Source of the DNA: Candidatus Hermodarchaeum yapensis
GTDB lineage: Archaea; Asgardarchaeota; Hermodarchaeia; Hermodarchaeales; Hermodarchaeaceae
DNA: 29,601 nt
Direction of reading: 5' to 3'
NCBI GenBank assembly: GCA_016840405.1
Contig: JAEOSK010000030.1
Span: 1 to 29,601 of the forward strand
The notes under the pieces are model-generated. The model was not told the DNA's origin and searched no databases. It was given only the letters and a program-made list of their open reading frames with translations. Shown piece after piece: positions 1 through 8,356 of this stretch. The translations under genes and the position numbers were made by a program. The first letter of the stretch is position 1. Every line of letters begins with the position of its first letter.

Positions 1-129
1 CACCCGATGAAAGAATATGATGTGAAACATCTATTTCACTTCATAGTAACACTAAGACAAGGTTTACCAAAGGATTTCGATACGATTTTAGGCGACATCA
101 GGACTAAATGCCCCCAAGGATGTGTCACT

Positions 130-681
130 TTGCTAGAGGGAAAAAAAGTCAATTTGCGGATCCTCGAAAAGGAAGACATCCCCACCTATGCGGCGTGGAT
201 GAATAATCAGGAATTTGTCGGTGAATTTTTCCTTGCCCCACAACTGTCTGTAAGCCACATCGAAAAAAGACTCAGTGAACCGTCACCGGATAGCGCACTT
301 TTCATCATTGAATCCAAAAAAGCAACGAAATCGGGGTGGATCACCTATTTCGAAACCCGTTATGGCGGTTACGCGTCGTCGACGGAAATCGGGTACATGG
401 TGACACCTGAAGGACGTGGAAAAGGATACTGTACTGAAGCAGTAGCGATAATCTTAGATTATTTGTACCTGCTGCGGGAAATTGACCGGATTCAAGCTCT
501 TATTGCGGAAGAAAATGTTGCCTCGAAACGGGTGTTGGAGAAAAACGGGTTTAAAAAAGAGGGGGTGCTCCGAAGACTATTTTATAGTCTGGGAAAATGG
601 TGGGATACTTCGGTGTACAGTATTCTTCGAGAAGAATGGGGTAGCCCTAAAATTTTGAAGAAAAAATTATGGAAAGAGTAG
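130..681 (+). CDS. GNAT N-acetyltransferase, RimJ/RimL family
   Basis: EIGY...GRGKGYCTEA acetyl-CoA motif, N-x-AS-x-RVLEKNGF-KKEG motif, C-terminal YSILREEW. Family start MLEGKKVNLR suggests TTG at 130 rather than the track start at 7. Confidence 0.9.
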   Translation: MLEGKKVNLRILEKEDIPTYAAWMNNQEFVGEFFLAPQLSVSHIEKRLSEPSPDSALFIIESKKATKSGWITYFETRYGGYASSTEIGYMVTPEGRGKGYCTEAVAIILDYLYLLREIDRIQALIAEENVASKRVLEKNGFKKEGVLRRLFYSLGKWWDTSVYSILREEWGSPKILKKKLWKE

Positions 682-694
682 GGTTGATAGGATA

Positions 695-925
695 GTGATT
701 TTGGCAATTCCCCCGCACATTCCTCCTCCACCGCCTCCGGACACGATGGGACGTTGGCCGCGACGGTTACGTCCGTTGTTGTATGTGGTGATTTTTCTCA
801 TCATTTTGATAGTGGTCGCAATGGTTTGGGGGCAGATTGTGTGGGTTGAAGGGCTTTTTGTGGTAATTTTCATTATTGTTTGTGTGGGTATTGTGTGGTC
901 ACGGATGCATCCAGAGGAAGATTAA
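695..925 (+). CDS. small 2-TM membrane protein with N-terminal polyproline
   Basis: 76 aa; IPPHIPPPPPP, then a basic patch and two hydrophobic helices; 13 bp after the GNAT stop. Confidence 0.65.
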   Translation: MILAIPPHIPPPPPPDTMGRWPRRLRPLLYVVIFLIILIVVAMVWGQIVWVEGLFVVIFIIVCVGIVWSRMHPEED

Positions 926-1015
926 ACCGAGACGCCCGTTAGATGATGGTTGAAAGTGCAAGTTGGTCAGGTGTTGGGTGTTTAGGTCGGGTTCGTAAGG
1001 CTTTAATCCCTGGTT

Positions 1016-1678
1016 TTGGCTAGAAATAGTGGAGGTGGAAGCACCATTAGCTCCTTGAGGCAACGCTGGGATGACCCTCGTACACCAAAAATGGGGAGAT
1101 ACTATGTATGGGTCGCTGTGGTTATCCAGGTGGGCTTGAGTGGATTCATGATGTCTTTGGGCGTGTTCACTTTAGTTTTTAATTTCGTGAATCTTATGCT
1201 TGGAATAATTACACCCGTTCCTCTACTGGATCTGAGGTTTTGGTACTATTGGTTAGGCCCATTTTTTATGGTGATTCATGGCAGCATTGGATACATTTTT
1301 GCTAAAGCCTGGCATAACCTTGCCGGCTACATTATCGATAACGCCCTTCAGTTAATTGCCTTAGCATTTCTTAATTTGGTAATCGGGTTTATGCTTCCAA
1401 TGTTTTGGATATCGCAGTTAGTCTTTGTCTGGTTCATGGAAATCTGGTTGAACGCGTTCATTTTGAATACTTTGTATTCGATCATTTTCGTGGCTAGCTT
1501 CTTTCCATGTTTACTGGTGATTGTTGCGGGAGGCGGGGTACAACTGTATAAAATCTTGCGAAAAGACCCGATTGTTGATGCATCCGACACTGCACCTCGA
1601 GGGGTTCGAACCTCGCATTTCATTGTTGCAAAGGCGCTTCACCGGGAACAGGACCGTTTTCGGGATACAGAATCTTGA
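1016..1678 (+). CDS. multi-pass membrane protein of unknown function
   Basis: About 4-5 hydrophobic segments; TATA-like CTTTAAT at 1001 and SD GGAGGTGG at 1031, so the true start may be 1046 or 1055. Confidence 0.65.
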   Translation: MARNSGGGSTISSLRQRWDDPRTPKMGRYYVWVAVVIQVGLSGFMMSLGVFTLVFNFVNLMLGIITPVPLLDLRFWYYWLGPFFMVIHGSIGYIFAKAWHNLAGYIIDNALQLIALAFLNLVIGFMLPMFWISQLVFVWFMEIWLNAFILNTLYSIIFVASFFPCLLVIVAGGGVQLYKILRKDPIVDASDTAPRGVRTSHFIVAKALHREQDRFRDTES

Positions 1679-1738
1679 AATCAATGGGAAGTTTTTGCTG
1701 TAATCAAAGGATGTGAAACAGTTCTTGAATGCAGAAAT

Positions 1739-2206
1739 CTAAAGTGGAATCCATTTGGAAACGCGTTTCTTGTATTCAAGATATTCGTCGCCAAATTGTT
1801 CGGTGAGTATTCGTTCTTCAGCGTTGGCCAAGTAGTTGTATCCGATTAGAACCGCGATGAGGGGTATAAGTGTTAGAAGTGAAAGGGTGGTGACCCAAAA
1901 TCCCACGTAAAGGAGAATGGATCCTAAGTACATGGGGTGTCGAACGCGACTATAGAGACCGGTGTCAACGATTTGGGGTTCAGGTGTTTCGAAGACGATG
2001 TGGGAACGTGAGGCTAGGTAGATGCCTGCGATGATGATGGGAATGCCGAGGAAGATGTTGAAGAAGAAGGGCATTATGTAGACATAGGCGGTGATTCGGA
2101 GGATGAAGGAGTCAAGGATCCAGATGATTAAGAAACCGACGAGGAGTCCATATTGAATGGTGTGGTTGTGGGGGGCTTCACCGGCGGTGTGGTGTTTGTG
2201 TGTCAT
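1739..2206 (-). CDS. isoprenylcysteine carboxyl methyltransferase / PEMT family membrane methyltransferase
   Basis: GLYSRVRHPMYLG and EERIL...FGDEY-x-EYKKRV motifs; SD AGGTGA and GAAAG-CTTAAATA promoter upstream. Confidence 0.9.
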   Translation of the reverse strand: MTHKHHTAGEAPHNHTIQYGLLVGFLIIWILDSFILRITAYVYIMPFFFNIFLGIPIIIAGIYLASRSHIVFETPEPQIVDTGLYSRVRHPMYLGSILLYVGFWVTTLSLLTLIPLIAVLIGYNYLANAEERILTEQFGDEYLEYKKRVSKWIPL

Positions 2207-2301
2207 ACTGATTCACCTTGTTATTTTAGGCATACCTAAATTACCTATTTAAGCTTTCACAATTCATGACTATGAAATTTGAAAGAACCTATTGGCAGGT
2301 G

Positions 2302-2535
2302 TTAGTAGCTGGAAGTTTCGCTGGTGGTCACCACGGAGATGAATCCTAAAATGAACCCCACCACCAAAAGAACAAGTGCGAGGATGTCAAGCATTAAGCC
2401 ACCAAATACAACAAAATCGAAAATTAGGTAGATAGAGTTCACGAAGATGTAGGGGAATCCCCATAAACCGACAGCAAAACAGAGACCAATGATTATGCCC
2501 GTGGTGTATTTCGAGAATCGACTCATGGCAATCAC
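2302..2535 (-). CDS. small membrane protein
   Basis: 77 aa, Gly-rich hydrophobic helices; own TATA-like CTTTAATA upstream. Confidence 0.6.
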   Translation of the reverse strand: MIAMSRFSKYTTGIIIGLCFAVGLWGFPYIFVNSIYLIFDFVVFGGLMLDILALVLLVVGFILGFISVVTTSETSSY

Positions 2536-2651
2536 TTCCTGGGTGTGAAGTTACTCTAGGATGTATTAAAGCTTAAGTTAGTGCCAAAAAAGGCTTCGAA
2601 GCAGGGTAAACGGCATGGTAGAAGGAGAACTTGCACTTTTATCATGCGATA

Positions 2652-2834
2652 TTATCCGGTTCGAAGGTGAAAAGCTCCAACAGTGAAGCCAATGACAAAC
2701 CCAAGGGCAAACAGGATGACGAAACAACTGAGACACTGAGAGAAAAGCAGAGAAAGTACTCCCAACAGTATTCCAACTACAAGTCCCAGAAATAGTCCAC
2801 GTAACCAGTTGATTGGATTTGTAGATTGTGACAT
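2652..2834 (-). CDS. small 2-TM glycine-zipper membrane protein
   Basis: GLFLGLVVGILLG and LGFVIGFTVG GxxxG repeats; SD AGGTGG precedes ATG at 2834. Confidence 0.6.
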   Translation of the reverse strand: MSQSTNPINWLRGLFLGLVVGILLGVLSLLFSQCLSCFVILFALGFVIGFTVGAFHLRTG

Positions 2835-2905
2835 GGGCTCCACCTTTCATTACTCAGCATTCTATTCTGTTAAAATGTTTAGCCGTTTAGGAGACTTGGT
2901 TTAAG

Positions 2906-3106
2906 TTATTGATCAAAGAATTTACTTTCTTCTTCGGGTGGGATGTCAGCGGCGGATTTACAAAATAGACTGACGAGTCCGGCAACCATGATCATTAAGG
3001 GAAGCCAGAAAATGTTGTTAAAGAATAAGCTGCAGATGACACCGATGATGGCCCCAATGATGCAGGCGACGAGTAATTGGTTACGTTGAGTCCAGGCCAT
3101 AGGCAT
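2906..3106 (-). CDS. small 2-TM membrane protein
   Basis: IIGAIIGVI helix, second helix, acidic tail; SD AAGGAG and ATTAAATA promoter upstream. Confidence 0.6.
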   Translation of the reverse strand: MPMAWTQRNQLLVACIIGAIIGVICSLFFNNIFWLPLMIMVAGLVSLFCKSAADIPPEEESKFFDQ

Positions 3107-3249
3107 ATCTCCTTCATAGACCGAGTGAAGGCATATTTAATCTCCCTTTTCAAGTTTGCACACTAAAATTCTGTGTTATGAAGTAAAATGCTGATTTCAC
3201 ATCAATTTTAAAACATAGATGTTGATTGGAATAAGTGAGGTGGTTGGGT

Positions 3250-3741
3250 TTGAAAAAAGTGAGTTGTTCGTATGAAGTTACTGAGCAGATTCTCAGAGGC
3301 TATCTGATTTTCTTCTTTGGGTCCTTACTCCCTATCGTTGCCAACTATTTTTTGATGGTTGTGCCAAGCCCCTTTTTCCGTCTTTTTCCTGTCTTCACAG
3401 AGTTTTGTATGTGGGGGCTGCCTGTCCTTAGTATTGTCAGTGTGATTTCATGGTTTTGTGGAATCTACCTCATGATTATGGAAGGATTACTTACTGGTAT
3501 CTATTCAGAGGTCAAATGGATTCTTTTGATGAGTATCTGCATTATCCTTGTAGGTATTGGATGGACGCTGTTCTTCCGGTACTTGAGTTTGACTCCGCTA
3601 GAGCAGCTAATGGGCATGTGGATATTCGTAATGAACTATAGGGAAGGAGTAATTGGTTTAGGTATTCTTCAGATAGTGCTTGGTTTTTGCTTTTTAGGCA
3701 AGTCTAATCTTGTGTATCAGGAGTTACATCCAATAAAATAG
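3250..3741 (+). CDS. 4-TM membrane protein of unknown function
   Basis: Hydrophobic ORF; SD GAGGTGG before TTG at 3250. Confidence 0.55.
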   Translation: MKKVSCSYEVTEQILRGYLIFFFGSLLPIVANYFLMVVPSPFFRLFPVFTEFCMWGLPVLSIVSVISWFCGIYLMIMEGLLTGIYSEVKWILLMSICIILVGIGWTLFFRYLSLTPLEQLMGMWIFVMNYREGVIGLGILQIVLGFCFLGKSNLVYQELHPIK

Positions 3742-3868
3742 CGAAAAGCTGTCAGGATTTCCCCACTCACATTTCGAGCAGACAGAAACGAAATTATTTG
3801 ATACAGTTAGGTACATAGCTACACGAGTTACAGGTTATTTATGTCCTCACCGAAATGGTAGAGGTGTA

Positions 3869-5080
3869 TTGTCTATGCGATATATTGCGTTTTTTGAAGT
3901 GCCTCCTGAGAAACTGGAAAGTTATATCGAAACATGGAATGAACGAGTTCCCCAGATTGAAGAACTGAAGTTCATCGTGCCACCATCAACACTTCCAGAG
4001 CCTGTGCATGGAATCTCAGGATGCGTTGTGTTTGAGTTTAAGAAGGCATTATTGCCACCGAAGATCCTTGTGGAGCAATTTCTCGCCCTGTTTGTCAAGG
4101 AAGGCATTAAGGTCACACTTAGCTATCTGTTTGAGGATAAGGAATTGGCCAAGGGGTTGAAGGCGTTTCGATCGGGTGAAAAGCAGGCAGCTCAGGAATG
4201 GAAGGAGACGTCGTATCCGAAGTTTACTGATATTGGTTCGACTCAGAGTTTGTCGATTTTGCCGTTGATTGATTGGCATGTGAGTTCGTCAAATCTTCGG
4301 AGGGAGTTAGGAGTATCGTATCTGGTGCTGACTGATGAGAACACGATTTTGTTTGACATGGGTTTAAACATCATGCAAGAGGATCCCTCTCCATTGTTGC
4401 AAAATATGAAGGAATTAGGGATTGAGGTTGATTCGATTGATTCTATTGTGATTTCGCATCATCACGGGGACCATTCCGGTGGAGGGAAGTGGGTGGAGAA
4501 GAAAACATTCTCCCTAAGTGGCACGCAAGGCGATTTAAGAGGGAAGCGTGTTTTTACACCTGTGCCCTTGAAATATCCTGGGATCACTCCCCTCCATACT
4601 AAGGATCCCACGGTTGTGGGTAGGGGTGTGGCGACGATTGGCTGCATTTCGAATGCCATGTTCTTAGTTTCGTCTGGCATTGAATATGAGCAGGCTTTGG
4701 CTGTAAACGTTGAGAATAAGGGAATTGTGGTGATTGTAGGGTGTGGACATCAAACCTTGCCGAAGATTTTGGAACGAACGGAGGCGTTGTTTGATGAGCC
4801 GATTTATGGGATTATTGGTGGGTTACATTACCCGGTGGAAGGAGGCCCGATTGATATAGCGGGGATGAGTCCGTACAAGTATTTTGGGACGGGAAAAGTG
4901 CCTTGGGAGCAGATAACGAGGGGAGAATTAACCGATAATATTGACCTTTTAAAGCAGCGAAAACCGAAGGTTGTCGCCTTATCTCCCCATGATAGTTCCC
5001 CTCTTAGCTTAGAAGCCTTTAGACAAGCCTTCCCTAATGCATATCGTGATCTGAAAGTTGGTGAAGAGATTCGCATATGA
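3869..5080 (+). CDS. MBL-fold metallo-hydrolase with an extra N-terminal domain
   Basis: ILFDMG, SHHHGDHSGG (HxHxDH), GCGH and GGLH motifs; about 110 aa of extra N-terminal sequence; SD GAGGTG. Confidence 0.85.
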   Translation: MSMRYIAFFEVPPEKLESYIETWNERVPQIEELKFIVPPSTLPEPVHGISGCVVFEFKKALLPPKILVEQFLALFVKEGIKVTLSYLFEDKELAKGLKAFRSGEKQAAQEWKETSYPKFTDIGSTQSLSILPLIDWHVSSSNLRRELGVSYLVLTDENTILFDMGLNIMQEDPSPLLQNMKELGIEVDSIDSIVISHHHGDHSGGGKWVEKKTFSLSGTQGDLRGKRVFTPVPLKYPGITPLHTKDPTVVGRGVATIGCISNAMFLVSSGIEYEQALAVNVENKGIVVIVGCGHQTLPKILERTEALFDEPIYGIIGGLHYPVEGGPIDIAGMSPYKYFGTGKVPWEQITRGELTDNIDLLKQRKPKVVALSPHDSSPLSLEAFRQAFPNAYRDLKVGEEIRI

Positions 5081-5108
5081 AGTGCAGTAGGAACTAGACA
5101 GATGATGG

Positions 5109-5792
5109 ATGATGTCTTTTCGTGATTGGGCATCCAAACTGGAGCAGTATCTGGAACACCGTGTCGCCTTTGTAGGCTTTGCAGATCTTGAGTCTTTACT
5201 TTCTAAACGATTTGCAGGGCTGACTGGGGGCATTAGCATAGCCGTGAGGTTATCAGATCCTATAGTCGACGAACTCATCACTGGTCCTACGAAATTGTAT
5301 GCATATCATTATCATGCGCTGAATCGCTACCTCGATCATTTGGCAATCGAAGTGATGCAGCTGCTGCGTCCGTCTGGATATCGGTTTTTTCCAATTCCTT
5401 CGTCACAGGTAATTGATAGGAAGCGTCATGCCGGGCATGTTTCCCATAAGATGTTGGCCACCAGAGCTGGTTTAGGCTGGATTGGTAAAAGTGCGTTATT
5501 AGTTACTCCTGATGTAGGACCACGTATTCGTTTTGTTTCGATTCTCACAGATGCCCCCCTCCCAGTGGGTGTGCCGATTGAAGAAAGTCAGTGTGAAGAT
5601 TGTCAGGTTTGTGTGGAGGCTTGTCCAGTGGGGGCAATTAAAGGCGTTAATTGGTCAATTAACGTTAATCGGTCAATGTTGCTGGATGCTAATCGTTGTG
5701 CAGCGTTTACTCGGAAAAATAACGAGAAGTATGGTGCGCATGTCTGTGGTGTATGTGTACGTGCTTGTCCTAAGGGCATTAGCAAAGCCTAG
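5109..5792 (+). CDS. QueG/reductive-dehalogenase-like double 4Fe-4S protein
   Basis: SHKMLATRAGLGWIGKS, GPRIRF-x-SILTD, CEDCQVCVEACP, C...CGVCVRACP. Confidence 0.85.
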   Translation: MMSFRDWASKLEQYLEHRVAFVGFADLESLLSKRFAGLTGGISIAVRLSDPIVDELITGPTKLYAYHYHALNRYLDHLAIEVMQLLRPSGYRFFPIPSSQVIDRKRHAGHVSHKMLATRAGLGWIGKSALLVTPDVGPRIRFVSILTDAPLPVGVPIEESQCEDCQVCVEACPVGAIKGVNWSINVNRSMLLDANRCAAFTRKNNEKYGAHVCGVCVRACPKGISKA

Positions 5793-5830
5793 AGCTACTC
5801 TGAACCGTTTGGTTGGGAGCTAGTTGAGTT

Positions 5831-6007
5831 TTACTTCTTTTCTTTTGCACTGTTGATCATGGCGCTGAGTTTCATTTTGCCGTCTTTTTCATCGACTTCG
5901 AGTATGATTTGGGCTTCGACTTTTTTGGCTTGTCCGGTTTGGATGGGTAGGAGCATTAACTCAGCTATGCCGTCGAGGAGCATGTTGTTGTCCGCTTCTG
6001 AGCTCAT
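5831..6007 (-). CDS. small protein, 58 aa (MSSEADNNMLLDGIAELMLLPIQTGQAKKVEAQIILEVDEKDGKMKLSAMINSAKEKK), not in the ORF track
   Basis: Hand translation; SD GGGGTGA 4 nt before ATG; CTTAAATA TATA near 6085-6092; C/A-ending codon bias. Confidence 0.75.
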   Translation of the reverse strand: MSSEADNNMLLDGIAELMLLPIQTGQAKKVEAQIILEVDEKDGKMKLSAMINSAKEKK

Positions 6008-6342
6008 CGCATCACCCCGCTGGAGACGTTTTGAGTACCTAATGGTTGGAAGAATTCTCCCTAAGAAAGCTGGTAATACCTTGTATTTAAGCCTGAGAGC
6101 TTGGTGGATTTTTCAAATGCCTTCAACTCATCGGTGAAGGAGCTGATTATTCCTTGTAGCCCTGATTTTTCAGTTTGAACCATGTTTTTACGTCATTGGC
6201 TGGTAAACGGGCTTCTAAGGTCTTGAAATGGTGAGAAACTCTCGGAAAATTCCAGAGAACTAACTAGCTGTAGGTAATACCCACGGTTAAATTTCTGAGG
6301 GTAAATCGAAGTTTGTCCTTTGTTCTGTAGGTGACACTTTCT

Positions 6343-7275
6343 ATGAGTACTAAAGGTTTTTCCGTGAAGTTCCCCGAGTCAGATACGTTGTCTGTTACAG
6401 AGGCGATTGATCGCTTCGCTGAGTATGTGGCTATTGAGCGGGGAGGTAGCTTAGAAACGTCTCGGGTGTATCGTTACGACCTGGAGATGTTTTTCAATTA
6501 TATTGGGACGATACCAGCGCATATTCGATCTCATCATATCCGGATGTTTATGACCCATCTAAAGACTAACAAGGGGTATGCCAATTCGTCCATCCGTCGC
6601 AAACTCGCTTGCTTGCGATCATTCTTTCGGTTTCTCAATCAAGAGAAATTGATTCCCGAAGATCCCACCGTTGGTCTTGCGACACCCAAACTCGGTCAAA
6701 GCCTCCCACGAGCCATCTCACCAGAGGATGTAAAACGCCTCTTGTGGGCCGCTCAGAACTCGGAAAAAAATGCCATCCGCAGCTATACGATTCTCCAAGT
6801 CTTGTATAGCACCGGTGTGCGCGTATCGGAGTTATGTGGCATGAATATCCAAGATATTGACTTCGGTGAGAGCACAATCCGGGTTCGCGGAAAAGGGAAT
6901 AAGGAACGTATAGTGTTGCTGACCGTCCCGGCAATGAATGCGATTATGGAATATGTCAAATACAGACCCGCAGAAGGACCCCTTTTCCTAAGTCGTCGTA
7001 ACCGACGCCTTTCCCCTCTTACCGTTCAACGAACCGTCCGAGACATTGGGAAACGGGCCGGAATCACCTCTAAAGTTACACCACACGCAATACGCCACTC
7101 ATTTGCCACACACATGCTGGAACGAGGAGCTGATGTCCGGGTGTTACAGGAACTCCTGGGTCATTCGAATCTAGCTACCACACAGATCTATACCCACGTC
7201 TCGTTGGCCCACGAACGAGCCGTCTTTCAACGTACTCATCCACTCGCCGAATCTGAACCCGAGGGAGCCTATTAA
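6343..7275 (+). CDS. xerA: XerA/XerCD-type tyrosine recombinase
   Basis: N-terminal SAM-like domain; TGVRVSEL, GKGNKER, HAIRHSFATH, LGHSNLATTQIYTH give the complete R-K-H-R-H-Y set; SD AGGTGA before ATG 6343. Confidence 0.92.
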   Translation: MSTKGFSVKFPESDTLSVTEAIDRFAEYVAIERGGSLETSRVYRYDLEMFFNYIGTIPAHIRSHHIRMFMTHLKTNKGYANSSIRRKLACLRSFFRFLNQEKLIPEDPTVGLATPKLGQSLPRAISPEDVKRLLWAAQNSEKNAIRSYTILQVLYSTGVRVSELCGMNIQDIDFGESTIRVRGKGNKERIVLLTVPAMNAIMEYVKYRPAEGPLFLSRRNRRLSPLTVQRTVRDIGKRAGITSKVTPHAIRHSFATHMLERGADVRVLQELLGHSNLATTQIYTHVSLAHERAVFQRTHPLAESEPEGAY

Positions 7276-7291
7276 CCCCAATTCCTTGCAC

Positions 7292-7321
7292 GGAGAGCTA
7301 GGGTTTCAATCCTAGCTCTCC
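7292..7321. repeat. perfect 11-bp inverted repeat with 8-bp spacer (probable xerA 3' hairpin)
   Basis: GGAGAGCTAGG-GTTTCAAT-CCTAGCTCTCC, 16 bp after the xerA stop. Confidence 0.8.
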
Positions 7322-7329
7322 ACTACTTT

Positions 7330-7700
7330 CTGTAAAATCATAACAATGAATTTCGCTTCCTAAGCAAGCGTTCAGTTGTTTTACGTGAAAATATTATTCA
7401 CTAGACAATTATTTTATATACAATCTGTTACATTAATTCGCTCTGAAGAAAGTGAGTGATAGCGCTTTTGTTAAAATATTCAATTATAAAGTTCGTCCAA
7501 AAATAAAATAAAAATAACTAAATATGATAAAGTAAAAAATTTAATTATTCGATAAATGGAACGTAAGTGACATTCTCAGAAAATCCCTAATTATTTATTA
7601 AAAAGAATAGTAAAAATGTTAATAATATTGCTCAGTAGTATAACTAATTATGTTAGTACACCCTTTTAACTCGATGCAAGGACTTACAGCAGAAAATCCT
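7330..7700. other. AT-rich non-coding region A
   Basis: 7501-7560 has 7 G+C in 60 nt, versus 34 in 60 at 7861-7920; no ORF in the track. Confidence 0.85.
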
Positions 7701-7774
7701 TAGCCTTTAAGAGTAGGTATGCTAGATTTGGATTCACACCGACTCCTCACCAACAACTCATTATCGTGACCCCC

Positions 7775-8356
7775 ATGTCAGAAATCGTCAAAATTGAAGA
7801 GCTGATCAAAACGCTCCAGAAGAGCCCAAACCCCACAGAAAGAGCAGAAGCAGCACAGGCACTTGGACATCTTAGCGATCCAAAGGCGACTGACGCACTG
7901 GTAGCGGCCCTAGCTGACACAGACCGCACGGTCCGAGTTGCTGCAACAAAATCATTAGAGTTACTACGTGACCAACACCTGGTCGAAGCACTCGTCCAAG
8001 ATTTATCGCACGAGGATCCTGAAGTCCGACGAGCAATCATCGAAATACTGTCTGAACTCAGGGATCGCGAAGCGGTGGATGCCTTAATCGCAGCCCTCGA
8101 GGACGATAACATCTATGTTCGCAAAGCAGCAGTTGAAGGGTTAGCCGCGATGGGTGACTGGAAAGCCGTGGACCCCCTGATCGACCGGTTACAAGATTCG
8201 GACTTATATGTACGTCAGGCTGCTGCCAAGGCCTTAGGCGAACTCGGTGAGATGCGAGCGGAAGAAGCCCTGACTCGGAGACTAAAATCAGAACCAGAGC
8301 TCATTGTTCGTCATGAAATCAAGGTTGCGCTAGCCCGATTGGCGGGTGGCGACTGA
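7775..8356 (+). CDS. HEAT-repeat (PBS lyase HEAT-like) protein
   Basis: About 31-aa repeats L-x-D-x-D-xx-VR-xx-A-xx-AL, five to six copies. Confidence 0.92.
   Translation: MSEIVKIEELIKTLQKSPNPTERAEAAQALGHLSDPKATDALVAALADTDRTVRVAATKSLELLRDQHLVEALVQDLSHEDPEVRRAIIEILSELRDREAVDALIAALEDDNIYVRKAAVEGLAAMGDWKAVDPLIDRLQDSDLYVRQAAAKALGELGEMRAEEALTRRLKSEPELIVRHEIKVALARLAGGD

Noticed and set aside
1598-1615. CGAGG-GGTTCGAA-CCTCG, resembling a tRNA T-arm or att-site remnant
   Set aside because: No acceptor, D or anticodon arms can be built, loop size is wrong, and it lies inside a CDS.
5853-6137. 94-aa + strand ORF in the track
   Set aside because: Shadow of the minus-strand 58-aa gene, which has the SD, promoter and codon bias.
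6343-7275. Recombinase as integrase of a provirus or mobile element
   Set aside because: Sequence is XerC/D-like; no tRNA target, viral, replication or conjugation genes nearby; flanks look chromosomal.
7634-7657. AGTAGTATAA-CTAA-TTATGTTAGT as a canonical dif site
   Set aside because: Spacer between ATAA and TTAT is 4 bp rather than 6. No convincing 11-6-11 dif was found by eye in either AT-rich region.
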